Of a stretch of 61,615 nucleotides of DNA, positions 8,802 through 19,500 are shown piece after piece. Within the stretch, counting starts at the first letter, position 1. Each line of letters opens with the position of its first letter. This stretch comes from Candidatus Firestoneibacteriota bacterium. Lineage in GTDB: Bacteria; Oederibacteriota; D2-FULL-39-29; JBBTED01. The notes beneath the pieces were generated by a model. That model did not search any database. It was given only the letters and a program-made list of their open reading frames with translations, and was not told where the DNA came from. The stretch spans positions 1-61,615 of the forward strand of contig JBBTED010000063.1 in NCBI GenBank assembly GCA_038042445.1, written 5' to 3'. Position numbers and translations under genes: made by a program.

Positions 8802-9886
8802 AATTCTGTTAATGTTAGTGAAACTCTATGTGTGCCTGTAACACCCTCTGCAAAATTTAATGGGTATATGAATGCATAATCAAGAGTAGAATGGACAAAA
8901 CCCAGTGGAAGTTTCAGACTAATGCCTCCACTTGCATCTGTGTATTTTCTGCTGCCGTAGCTTACTCCTGCTCTTAAACCGAAATTAGTCCATGTGTCAG
9001 GCAAGATGCTTGACCTATTAGCTGATGAATTAGATGCCGATAAATCGGCAACTACAGGACCAAACAACCAGTATTCCACGCCGTTATGGATGCTCCAATC
9101 AATGCCTCTTATTTTAAATTCAAAACTTTCAGTTAAATTATAGTCTAATTTTGCTGAGAAACCTGCTCTTATTATTGATGGAACTGAGCTTGTTGCAGCT
9201 ATACCCATATCCGGCTCATTTATATTTGTCAAAGAAAAACCTAAATTAAACTCTTCAAATATCACATCTTTCATTTTAAATAATGCTCCTATATCTATGC
9301 CAAAATTCCATTTATTTAAAGTAGTAAATAATGTATTTGCTTTTGTCCATTCATTTTCTATATATTTTTTATTTAATGCTTTTATATTTAAGCCAACTGC
9401 CATTTTAAAATTGGGTTCTGTTTTTTGTGCCGATAAATCGGCAACTACATTTTTTGACGGTGATATGGCAAAACTGATGCCATATATACCTTCTGCATAT
9501 CCTGCATCTGCACCTGATAAATTAAATGTAGATGCCATAAGCCCAAGTTTAAAATGCTTGGAAAACGGATAAATATATTCTAATGTTCCGTCATATAAAG
9601 ATTCAGGTATGCCCTGATATAATTTCGTATAAGTGGCAGAAAAAGTCATTTTGTCAATAAAAGCCATACCTGCAGGATTATAGTATAAAGCATTTGCATC
9701 ATCTGCAAGTGCAACAAACGCTTTACCTAAAGCAGAGGGCCTGGCGCCATAACCTGTGTCCATAAAGGCAGCATAAGAAGAAAATGTAAAATGAAAATTG
9801 CAAATTACAAAAGTAAGAATTAAAAAAATATTTCTACTTTTTCTTTTGAATTTTACACTTTGCAATTTACAATTTACAATTTTCAT
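8798..9886 (-). CDS. PorV/PorP-like beta-barrel, copy 2, with two in-frame REP insertions
   Basis: AFMDTGYGARPSALGKAFVALADDANALYYNPAG...GTHRVSLTLTEL; stop TAG is the GTAG of a REP. Confidence 0.8.
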   Translation of the reverse strand: MKIVNCKLQSVKFKRKSRNIFLILTFVICNFHFTFSSYAAFMDTGYGARPSALGKAFVALADDANALYYNPAGMAFIDKMTFSATYTKLYQGIPESLYDGTLEYIYPFSKHFKLGLMASTFNLSGADAGYAEGIYGISFAISPSKNVVADLSAQKTEPNFKMAVGLNIKALNKKYIENEWTKANTLFTTLNKWNFGIDIGALFKMKDVIFEEFNLGFSLTNINEPDMGIAATSSVPSIIRAGFSAKLDYNLTESFEFKIRGIDWSIHNGVEYWLFGPVVADLSASNSSANRSSILPDTWTNFGLRAGVSYGSRKYTDASGGISLKLPLGFVHSTLDYAFIYPLNFAEGVTGTHRVSLTLTEL

Positions 9887-9905
9887 TTTTTTATAATAAT
9901 TTATA

Positions 9906-9947
9906 GCCGATAAATCGGCAACTACAAATCCCCCTTTATCAAGGGGG
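9906..9947. repeat. REP-1 plus CCCCCTTT/AAGGGGG hairpin
   Basis: gccgataaatcggcaactac then ccccctttatcaaggggg. Confidence 0.85.
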
Positions 9948-9958
9948 AAGGAAAATTT

Positions 9959-12900
9959 TCATTTTGCTAATACTATTGTGCCTTTTTTAGCTACAGTATT
10001 GCCTACTTTCAGCATATAAATATATACACCGTCTTCTTCTATATTCCCTTGCTCATTTTTGCCATCCCAGGATAAACTTTCTCCATAACTTGCGGTTATT
10101 TCTTTGATTAGTATTCCTGTTAAATTCCATATTTTTATACTTACTGCTTGAACACTTGCATTTGGGAATGAAAACTGAACAGAGTTAAAACTGCTATCCC
10201 CGCTTAAAGGCATAAATGGATTTGGAAATACTTTCACTTCTGTAATAGGAATTGACTTAACTATAACTGCGAATCTTGAAAGATGATCAGTTTCACCTTC
10301 AACTAAAATATCCTTGCCATCACCAGATACAAGGACAGTTGAAGTTAATTCAGCCCACCTTTTTGAACTTTCATCCCATCTTGCTAATGTTAATTTGTCC
10401 GGAGCATCACTTATTCTAACAGCTCTGTTTGTATCATCTACATAAGTGCCATCTCCTGTAGTGTGCAATGTTATTTTTATTTTGCCGGAAAGCTGGCTTA
10501 CTTTAGACGAAGTACTATTATCAGTAGCCCATATATCATATACTACTACTGTATCTTTTGAACCAATAACTGCAACAGTTACTTCACTTGATAAAACTTT
10601 ATCAATATGAAAATTTAAACTCTTGTCAAGAACACCACCTGGAATATATACTTTTGTTTTATTATCATCTGATGAATAAAGAGAAGCTTCCTCACCTACA
10701 TTCACTAATGTATTAAAATTTATACTTGAATTTTGATATGTTATAGTTGCAGTGCTATCACCTTCAACGCTCGCTGTTATAGTTTTTACTTCTGATTTTG
10801 AAGATTTAACTGTAATTTGAACTTTACCATCAGTATCTGTAACACCAGAAGTTCCACTTACTGTATTACTGGTTCCACCTACTGTAATATTAATTGTCCC
10901 CCCTGGAATAGGGATATTAGCACGAGAGGTCAAAATTGCCGTAATAGTAGCTATACTTATATTATCCGCTCTGACTGAAGAAGAAGAAACAGAAACTGTT
11001 AAAACATTTCCGTTTGCCCACACAACACTTGAACCTGATTCCACAGTGTCCCCATTTGTTCCAACAGTATACCCTATAAATGTAAGTTTTGTGCTATTTG
11101 AAACTTTAACATTTTTACCAGATGAAATATCACTAAAAGTACAACCTGATAATGTTTTAGTTGCACCATTTGAAACGTCTAAATGGACACCACTTGCTTG
11201 CCCATTTGCAAAATCAACTGAATCTAATTTAGTTAATGTAGAAGCACTATTTATAACAAAACCATTTATATTTAAATATGATAATTGCAAACCTGAAACA
11301 TCTACTTCCCCACCTATACATCTCAATCCAAAAAACGAAGCAATATTAACAGAACTGATAGTTGGTTTTGAAGTATTAGTAGACGGGCAATAAAGTTTTC
11401 CGTTTATTGTTATTGTTTTGCCATTATTAAGATACCATGCTGAACCGCTATTTAAAGTAGCAGTTTTCCCTGAAGCAAGAAGGACATCATTAGTTGTCAT
11501 AACACCTGTATTAGTAAGCCCTCCATTTAGAACAAGAATATTTGTGTTTAAAGTTCCTGTATTGGTTAATAAACCTGCTACAGTTAAAGTGCTTGTATCA
11601 TTAGTTGAAAATGTACCACTGTTGCCAAAAGTCCCATTTAAAACCAAATTAGTCGCGTTAATACTTGATACAACAGAATTATTAGTTAATATACCTGTTA
11701 CAGTTAAAGTGTATGAACTCAAATCAATATTATTATTTAATGTAAGATTATTATTTACTGTCCCATTTTTTGTTAATGTAATTGCTCCGGTTAAATCCAG
11801 ATTATACCATGTGGTTGATGTTATAGGATTTGTAGCACCACTTGCACTAACAACTGGAAGATTTGCAGTATTTGAGAATTTAAAAGAACTTGTACTACTT
11901 GATATTGTTAAATCAGCATTTGTTAAAGTTCCTATATTAGCAGCACCTGCCCCACCTTGTGTGGCAGTATTTGTAACACTTGGATTATACGTTTGACCTA
12001 CTACCCATGTGCTTGCTCCTGCATCTATACCTATTCTTCCCACATTCATTGTTCCAGATGAAAGAGCATTTGAACTGGTATTACTTACAGTCATTGTTAC
12101 ATAAGGATTGACATTACCCGCTACATTCCATGTGCTATTTCCTGCATCAATATACGCTTTACCTGTAATTGAACCACCTGATATAGTTGCAGATGTAGAA
12201 GCACCTGTTGTAGAATAGTCCATACTTGCATAAGTATAAACACTACCTCCTACTGTCCAAGTGCTTGTGCCACCATCTATCACTGCATTTCCTGCAATTA
12301 TACCTTGTGTAACTGTCATATCACTTCCATTTGTAGAAGAACTATCCAATAATAAATATACTTTTACAGAACCTGTAATATTAAATGATGCTGAACCTGC
12401 ATTTATTCTTGCTTCAGTATTTGAATCAAAAGTAGAAGCTCCAGCATTTACTGTATCATCATCGGTTTCAGCATCACCAAAATAACGTTGGCGTAAATAT
12501 ATAGATACACTGTCAGAAACATTCACTATCCCACCACTTGCTCCGCTTAGTATAGCTTTACAATTAGTAAAATTTAAAGGAGTATATGTAGCAGAACCCG
12601 AAAGATTTAAAACTCTGTAACAATAAACATTTAAATTAGTACAAGACAAAGTTTTTCCATTTAAATTTAACGTTATAGAAGTATTCGCCAAGGCATTAAC
12701 AGTATTATTATTAATATATACTTCAACAGGCCCTGTGTTTCTCACATCACCAGCAAGAGTAAGTGTTCTGGAAGAACTATTATTAGGATAAATATAGAAT
12801 ATCCCATAATTCTGATATGCAGGCAAAGAAGCATCTGCTGAAAGATTAAAAGCTAAAGCAGTACTTATTGCAGCCGGATTACTAGAAACATCAAGAGAAG

Positions 12901-13831
12901 CTGTAGTGCCGTAATTTTGCAAGACAATCAGATTTGAAACTAAAGAACCTGTTCCGGGTTTTAAAGTACCATATACGTATATACCCGAGCTTGAAACTGT
13001 AGTAGTATTACCTGATTGAGCACAGGTTAAATTGTAAAAACAAGCGTTTGCTGTCCAAGTTCTTGATGCAAGAGTCCCTGTTCCTGTAAGAGTTACTGTG
13101 GATGTAATAGTACTTGTGGCAAAACTTGCATTAGCATTTGACATATCCCAATTTCCAGAAGCAGTTATTTTAGAACCATTTACAGGAAGTATACTTCCAT
13201 AAGCACCTATTGTAACATCATTTGCTGAAAGACCTGTGCTCGAGCTTGCTCCTATTGTTATCTGACCATAGTCATTTGAATCAGTACCAGTAAGTGAAAT
13301 ATCACCTGTTACAATACAATCAAAAGTTGATACAGCTAATATCACATTGGTCCCTGTATTACCATTATCGTATATTGTTAAATTTCCACCAACTGATATA
13401 TTAGCTCCAAGTGTCATTACTGTCCCGGCTGTAGAAGTAATACCTAAATCACCAGTTATAGTTAAAGTATTGCTTACAGTTACAGTATTCGTATAAGCGG
13501 TAATATAAAAATTTGCAATAGATGTAGGTGCAGATGCATCCCAAGTGCAAGCCTTAGTACCTGTAGGAAAAGTTACACTATCCCCAACTACAGGAGCTAC
13601 ATCAAGGTCCCAATTTGCACCTGCAGATGCATTAGCCCCTGCATCACCACCGTCCCAAATCTTATTAGCACTATAGCAAAAAACAGGAGCAAAAATAATC
13701 ATTGCAACTGTTATTATTGTAGTTGCCAATTTATTGGCGATTTTTTGTGAAAATGGACCGGCACCTACTGAGTTCGCCGATAAATCGGCAACTACATCCG
13801 ACAAGAAAGTTTTAAATTTTACACTTTTCAT
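9959..13831 (-). CDS. Large secreted beta-rich surface protein with Ig-like domain and T9SS-like CTD (cargo 2), paralog of cargo 1
   Basis: Shares TGDISLTGTDSND, FYNLTCAQ, DSNTEARI, NPITSTTWYNL with cargo 1; REP cluster in the signal peptide; CTD FPNPFMP...IWNLTG...WDGKN...KKGTIVLAK. Confidence 0.8.
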   Translation of the reverse strand: MKSVKFKTFLSDVVADLSANSVGAGPFSQKIANKLATTIITVAMIIFAPVFCYSANKIWDGGDAGANASAGANWDLDVAPVVGDSVTFPTGTKACTWDASAPTSIANFYITAYTNTVTVSNTLTITGDLGITSTAGTVMTLGANISVGGNLTIYDNGNTGTNVILAVSTFDCIVTGDISLTGTDSNDYGQITIGASSSTGLSANDVTIGAYGSILPVNGSKITASGNWDMSNANASFATSTITSTVTLTGTGTLASRTWTANACFYNLTCAQSGNTTTVSSSGIYVYGTLKPGTGSLVSNLIVLQNYGTTASLDVSSNPAAISTALAFNLSADASLPAYQNYGIFYIYPNNSSSRTLTLAGDVRNTGPVEVYINNNTVNALANTSITLNLNGKTLSCTNLNVYCYRVLNLSGSATYTPLNFTNCKAILSGASGGIVNVSDSVSIYLRQRYFGDAETDDDTVNAGASTFDSNTEARINAGSASFNITGSVKVYLLLDSSSTNGSDMTVTQGIIAGNAVIDGGTSTWTVGGSVYTYASMDYSTTGASTSATISGGSITGKAYIDAGNSTWNVAGNVNPYVTMTVSNTSSNALSSGTMNVGRIGIDAGASTWVVGQTYNPSVTNTATQGGAGAANIGTLTNADLTISSSTSSFKFSNTANLPVVSASGATNPITSTTWYNLDLTGAITLTKNGTVNNNLTLNNNIDLSSYTLTVTGILTNNSVVSSINATNLVLNGTFGNSGTFSTNDTSTLTVAGLLTNTGTLNTNILVLNGGLTNTGVMTTNDVLLASGKTATLNSGSAWYLNNGKTITINGKLYCPSTNTSKPTISSVNIASFFGLRCIGGEVDVSGLQLSYLNINGFVINSASTLTKLDSVDFANGQASGVHLDVSNGATKTLSGCTFSDISSGKNVKVSNSTKLTFIGYTVGTNGDTVESGSSVVWANGNVLTVSVSSSSVRADNISIATITAILTSRANIPIPGGTINITVGGTSNTVSGTSGVTDTDGKVQITVKSSKSEVKTITASVEGDSTATITYQNSSINFNTLVNVGEEASLYSSDDNKTKVYIPGGVLDKSLNFHIDKVLSSEVTVAVIGSKDTVVVYDIWATDNSTSSKVSQLSGKIKITLHTTGDGTYVDDTNRAVRISDAPDKLTLARWDESSKRWAELTSTVLVSGDGKDILVEGETDHLSRFAVIVKSIPITEVKVFPNPFMPLSGDSSFNSVQFSFPNASVQAVSIKIWNLTGILIKEITASYGESLSWDGKNEQGNIEEDGVYIYMLKVGNTVAKKGTIVLAK
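13719..13795. repeat. 77-bp REP-1 cluster translated inside the cargo 2 signal peptide
   Basis: Same length and layout as 8282-8358; encodes VVADLSANSVGAGPFSQKIANKLATT. Confidence 0.85.
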
Positions 13832-13900
13832 TTTTATCTTCTTTGGTGGCTAATTTAGATAGTTTATCCCCTAATATTTTCTCAATTTTTTCCATAATAC

Positions 13901-13959
13901 ACTCCACTTTAACTCCCCTTAATCCCCTCTTTACTAAAGAGGGGAATCAAAGTGGAGTT
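13901..13959. repeat. AACTCCCC...CCCCTCTTTACTAAAGAGGGG...GGAGTT hairpin element overlapping a stop codon
   Basis: Outer IR actccacttt/aaagtggagt and inner cccctctttactaaagagggg; related copies at 37861-37941 and 55057-55113. Confidence 0.85.
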
Positions 13960-14960
13960 CACAATTCTGTTAATGTTACTGAAACTCTGTGTGTTCCTGC
14001 TATGCCTTCAGCAAAACCTACGGGCAGAATAAATGCATAGTCAAACTGAAAATTTGCGAATGGCATAGGGAACCCATAACTTGCACCCATAGTATACTCC
14101 ATAAAATCGCCTGTGCCAATCCCTAATCCACCACGAATACCAACGCCAACTTGTTTAAACCAATACTCTAACCCAAGCCTGTTTTTTACGTGTTTATTTC
14201 TGTAATCAATTTCTGTAGTAAGCAATGCATCTGCCATTTTAAGAGTTACACCGCCTCGGAGTAGTAAAGGAACTTTATCATTACTATACAATTTAATATC
14301 CGGTTCAGTTATATTTTCAAATGAAAAACCAACCATTAACCTGTCAACAATAGGAATATAAAGTAAACCCAAATCAAAAGTTACCCCAAGCAAATTTGTA
14401 TTTTTACCTGTAAAATCAGGGTTTATTTCAGTGTCCTGATTAGTTCCATACTTTTTATTCAAAAGCTTAACTTTAACGCCGAAAAATAAATCCTGATGTT
14501 TTGGGAAAAACTTAATTTCTTTAAGTGTGTTTCCAATAGGATATGCAAAAGCCAAACCAATATTATTTTCATAATAAGTTGCAGGTGAATCCTGCAATCC
14601 AAAATACTGCCAGGAAACACCAAAAACCCCAAGAGCCGAAACAGGATAGATTACACCCGCAAATCCATCAACCAAACCTGGAAACCCAACATATAATTTA
14701 GTATATGTACCAGTAAGTGCAAACTTGTTTAATTTAGCAATACCTGCCACGTTATAATACAGTGAATTAGCATCATCAGCTATTGCCACAAAAGCTTTAC
14801 CCATACCAGCAGGCCTTGCTCCTTCGCCTATATCAACAAATGCAGCATCGGAAGAAAATGCAAAATGCAAAATGCAAAATGCAAAAGTAAGAATGAATAA
14901 AACATTAATCTTTTTTATTTTGAATTTTACACTTTGCATTTTACAATTTACAGTTTTCAT
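13959..14960 (-). CDS. PorV/PorP-like beta-barrel, copy 3
   Basis: AFVDIGEGARPAGMGKAFVAIADDANSLYYN...GTHRVSVTLTEL; heptamer-repeat signal peptide. Confidence 0.8.
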   Translation of the reverse strand: MKTVNCKMQSVKFKIKKINVLFILTFAFCILHFAFSSDAAFVDIGEGARPAGMGKAFVAIADDANSLYYNVAGIAKLNKFALTGTYTKLYVGFPGLVDGFAGVIYPVSALGVFGVSWQYFGLQDSPATYYENNIGLAFAYPIGNTLKEIKFFPKHQDLFFGVKVKLLNKKYGTNQDTEINPDFTGKNTNLLGVTFDLGLLYIPIVDRLMVGFSFENITEPDIKLYSNDKVPLLLRGGVTLKMADALLTTEIDYRNKHVKNRLGLEYWFKQVGVGIRGGLGIGTGDFMEYTMGASYGFPMPFANFQFDYAFILPVGFAEGIAGTHRVSVTLTEL

Positions 14961-14969
14961 TTTATTTTT

Positions 14970-15018
14970 GTAGTCGCTGATTCATCAGCAGTTTTTTCGC
15001 CGATAAATCGGCAACTAC
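14970..15018. repeat. REP-1 inverted doublet (REPIN-like)
   Basis: gtagtcgctgattcatcagc-agttttttc-gccgataaatcggcaactac. Confidence 0.9.
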
Positions 15019-15019
15019 A

Positions 15020-16435
15020 TTATTTTTTATTTTTTTGTTTGTTTAAAAACTCTTCTTCTGCTTCTTCCTCTTTTTTTCTTCTTTCAAGACGCTCTTTTTC
15101 TGCTTTTTCTTTTAATTTTAATTCTTCTTCTTCTTTCTGCCATTCTTCAAACCTTTGTTTTTCTTTTAGTTTCGCTTTTTCCTGTTCTTTTAGTTTGTAT
15201 TCTTCTTCTGACATTTCTGTTTCTTTATTGGTTTCAGTTTTTATTTCTTCCTTTTGTTCAATCTTTTTCATTTCTTCTTCGGTTTCTTTTTCAAGTTTTT
15301 CTTTTTCTTCTTGTGCTGCTTTTTCTTCTTTTAGTTTAGCTTCTTCTTTTTTCTTCTGCTCCATTTTTTCTTTTTCTTCCATTTTTTCCTGTGATTCTTC
15401 ATCTTCAAGTTTTTCTTTTTCTTCTCTTTCTTGCTCTTTGGTTTTAATCACACGAACAAATGGTCGGACAGGTTCCATTATTGCAAAAGAAATTCTATGA
15501 GTCCCAAAACTTCCATCTGCAAAATTAAATGGATAAGTATATGCATAATCAAGCTGACCTTCAATAACATCTAATGAAAAATTATACCCTGCCCCAATAT
15601 TTGCATTCATATATTTATTCATACCTATACCAAAACCAGACCTTAATTCCACTGTGTTTTTCACAAGAGAATATTCAGCACCAACATGAGCTTTCCATTC
15701 TTTATTTCTGTAATCTGCTTCATAACTTGTAAGCAAATCATCTAATAATCTAAGTCCAATCCCAGTTCGCAGTAAAAGAGGAACCTTTTCATCGGACTCT
15801 AATTTCATATTCGGTTGATTAATATTTTCAGCAGATACTCCTATTGAAAGTGTTCCTGGAAAAGGAGAATATAATAACCCTGTATCTACAGAAAAGCCCC
15901 ATATCGCTAACTTGGAAAATACTGGGTTTATATCTGTCCAAAGATTTTTGCCATATTGTTGATTTAATGCCTTGATTTTAAAACCCGCAGATAATTCATG
16001 GCTTTCTGGAAAACCCATTTTAGTCATAATTTCATCTAATACATAGGCATACGAAAAACCTATAGTGTTTTCAAAATAAGTTGCAGAGGCAGCAGATTCA
16101 GAAACATTCAAATGTGTCCAATTTATTCCAACACACCCATATTCATTAGACTCACCCAAAGGCTGAATATAGCCAACAAATCCACCATTTAACCCAGGCA
16201 CTCCTGTATATAATTTAGAATAAGTAGCACTTAAAGTTATTGAAGTCATTCTTGCAATACCTGCTATATTATAATATAGTGAATTCACATCATCAGCAAT
16301 TCCAACATAAGCTTTGCCCATACCCACAGGTCTTGCTCCTTCGCCTACATCCTGGAATGCAGCCTCCACAGAAAATGCAAAATGTAAAATGCAAATTGCA
16401 AAAGTAAGGATCAAGAATTTAAAATGTTTATACAT
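15020..16435 (-). CDS. PorV/PorP-like beta-barrel, copy 4, with a ~140-aa Glu/Lys-rich C-terminal tail
   Basis: AFQDVGEGARPVGMGKAYVGIADD...GTHRISF followed by KEQEREEKEKLE... low-complexity coiled coil. Confidence 0.8.
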   Translation of the reverse strand: MYKHFKFLILTFAICILHFAFSVEAAFQDVGEGARPVGMGKAYVGIADDVNSLYYNIAGIARMTSITLSATYSKLYTGVPGLNGGFVGYIQPLGESNEYGCVGINWTHLNVSESAASATYFENTIGFSYAYVLDEIMTKMGFPESHELSAGFKIKALNQQYGKNLWTDINPVFSKLAIWGFSVDTGLLYSPFPGTLSIGVSAENINQPNMKLESDEKVPLLLRTGIGLRLLDDLLTSYEADYRNKEWKAHVGAEYSLVKNTVELRSGFGIGMNKYMNANIGAGYNFSLDVIEGQLDYAYTYPFNFADGSFGTHRISFAIMEPVRPFVRVIKTKEQEREEKEKLEDEESQEKMEEKEKMEQKKKEEAKLKEEKAAQEEKEKLEKETEEEMKKIEQKEEIKTETNKETEMSEEEYKLKEQEKAKLKEKQRFEEWQKEEEELKLKEKAEKERLERRKKEEEAEEEFLNKQKNKK

Positions 16436-16477
16436 AATGTTTCCTCCAATTTATATGTTATGTCATCTATTATAATT

Positions 16478-16527
16478 GTAGTCGCTGATTTATCAGCGAT
16501 TTTTTATGCCGATAAATCGGCAACTAC
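16478..16527. repeat. REP-1 inverted doublet
   Basis: gtagtcgctgatttatcagc...gccgataaatcggcaactac. Confidence 0.9.
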
Positions 16528-16532
16528 AATTA

Positions 16533-19500
16533 CTATTTTGCTACTATTATTGTGCCTTTGCCTATTATACTATTTCCTGCTTTAACCTGATAAATATATA
16601 CTCCTGATTCAACAGCTTCTTCTTTTTCATTTGTGCCATACCAAGGAATTGCATTAGAAACACCACCATCTATAGTTTTAACCAAAGTACCTGTAATATC
16701 CCAGATTTTCACTTCAACATTTTCATTAGCATCATTTGAAAAAGCAAATGTAACTTTATTATAAAGACTATTACTGCCATAAGGCGTAAATGGATTTGGA
16801 GTTACACTTAAACCCGAAACAGTAGATTCTTTTGCCAGCACACCATAAATTCCAAATCTTGATGTTTTTGTGGATATTGTTATATCATTTCCACTTATTT
16901 CAACTGTGCCAGAAACTGGCTGCCAGAAAATTCCTGTCCAGAATCCAAGTGTTAATTTAGTTTTTACTTCATTAACAGAACAAATCAAATTATTAAAAGT
17001 ATCATAGACATTGCCATTCGTACTTTTATAATGCACATATATGCCTACTGGTCTTGTTATATTTAACTCTTTATCCGTAGTTGGGTCAAGTGCTCTAAAA
17101 TCATAAGCAATCGCAGGAGTTAATTTGGAATTATTTCCTTTTTCCGGGTTATCAACAAGTGAAATACGAAATTTTACACTCCTATTATAAACATAAGCAG
17201 GCACAGTAATTTTTGTAAGAGAGTCATCTGTATAAGTTACCTCACCTGATACTCCTGTAGCAATAACTGTTCCTTCAGAGGACTGTGGAGATTCACCTGA
17301 CATTGTTATATTAGTAAGAAGTATGGCAGTTTCACCATAACCATTCACACTATCTGAAAGAGTCGCAAAAAAAATTGCATCAGGCCAGTAAAGAGGCGAA
17401 GTTGTTTTATTGTAAAGTGTTGTTATTTCAGAAGTAGATAATTCCCTATTATAAATAGCTATATCTGAAATTATAGCATTAACATGTTTTGTTGTTTCTG
17501 CAGAACTTCCTATAAACATATTTCCACTTAAACTCGGCTGAGTAAAATTTGAAGTTGATGCAACCAAACTACCATCAATATAAAGTTTTAAACCTGAACC
17601 CCAGGTAGCAATTATATTATGGTCTGTAGTTGTTACCCAGGTTATTGCAGTTGAATTAATAGTATTTGCACCATCTGTAAATACTATTTGGTTTGAGGTG
17701 TTTTTATATAATGCAAATTTGCCTGTGTCAAAAAATCTGTGTTCTTTTTGATCTATTGACCAAGGAGTTTCAGGAGAATTAGTTGAAGTATCCGGAGTTC
17801 TAATCCATAAACTAATTGTTCCAACACTTTCTTTTATATTATTTTGCATAGCATATGACAATCTTTCAAAAGCGCGTAAATCAGAGCTTCCCGCAGGAGT
17901 AGACGTATATGTCGTAGGAACACTTGACACTTCCAATTGCGCAGAATCAACATAAAATTCGGATGTAGGACCTCCTGAAGTACTTGCATCATTATCATAA
18001 GAATAAATTCGGACTTGCAAATCATATAAATTTATCTCCGGCATTTGCTGAGTTACCACATATCTTTTCCAATTTAAAGCAGTATTATTATTTGTATATA
18101 CCAATGTATCGTTATTCACATCATTACTATACACAGCAGTTCCTCCTACATGTACAGCTGCTGTAGTTGAAAGAGCCCCTCTTGTGCAATTAATAAAAGA
18201 AGTTGGAGTTATACTTGTATATTGCAGGACCTCACTGTCTATATATATATAACCTGCACTTAAAAAACCAATAGTAGAAGCAACTGAAACATTACTTGTA
18301 CCAGTAGACCCAATATAGTAGTATACAAGAGTTGATGCAGTATGCTCAGATGCTGTTCCCCTTGTACAACCAGTAAAAGAAGTTGGAGTCACACCTGTAT
18401 ATTGCAATATTTCACTATCTATTCTTATGTAACCTGTACCTGGAAACCCAGCAGTAGATACAACTGCAATAGGAGTCTGAACAACTGTGCCAATATGATA
18501 ATATACAATAGCAGATGCAGAATGCGCAGCTGCTGAAGTTGAAAGCTGTGCCCTTGTGCAACCAGTAAAAGAAGTTGGAGTTACACCTGTATATGATATT
18601 TTCTCACTATCTATCTTTATATAAGCTACAGTAGTAGGAGTTACAAATCCAGCAGTAGATGTAACCGGAATAGTAGTATCTCCAGCAGTAATTGAAGTAC
18701 TTAATACAGCACTACTAATTAATGTGGTAGTCGTATATAATGTTGTAGATTTTTTCGCATAAATACTTATACCTACTGTCTGACTTCCACCAGCAGTAGC
18801 AGTCACACCTACCTGTTTTATCCATGCACTAAATGTCAATTGTTTACCTGCAAAATAACTTGCTGTAAGTCTGGTATTAAAATACATATATTCACTTCCA
18901 TTCAGTGCAGAACTATCAATTATATGCATACTGAAATTACCGTGAATTTTTTCTGAACTTAGAAGTTCTGCAGTTGCTATACCTGCCCCTCTAACCCAAT
19001 AATATGGAACTTCCGATGGTTCATCATAATACTCAAAACTTGAATTATAAAGATAATTCGTTATTCCTTCCTCTATATATAAACCTTTTCCAAATTTACT
19101 TGTTAAAAATCTTGGCACACTATAATTTGAAACATCCTGGACACTACCGCCTGTTTCATACGAAGCAATTGAAGAACGGGTAAAAATGCCAGAAACTGAA
19201 GGATAAATTCTTGAAAGCTCTGCTTTTGCAGATGTAGACTCATTTGGGCTATTATAATATACAAAATAATTGTTATCAGTTTTACCGGACAAAATTACAG
19301 ATTGTAAACCAAACCATATTTCTTTTGTATCAGAAAAATACAATCTGTCAATTTCCGTATTTTTCGTTCCATCATAATGGACAATTCGCAAATCTTTTAA
19401 ATCTGTTCTTAATTTACCTGCTGCAACCAGACTTTGTGCATCAAAACTAAATTTCACTGCCATTTGCGAAGAAACATCCGAATTAGCAGCTACTGTAATC

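Noticed and set aside
4679..12485. Numerous plus-strand ORFs opposite cargos 1 and 2 (and similar ones elsewhere)
   Set aside because: Antisense shadows of long minus-strand genes with no recognisable motifs
14934..15500. Plus-strand 188-aa Phe/Ser-rich ORF
   Set aside because: Antisense shadow of the Glu/Lys tail of barrel 4
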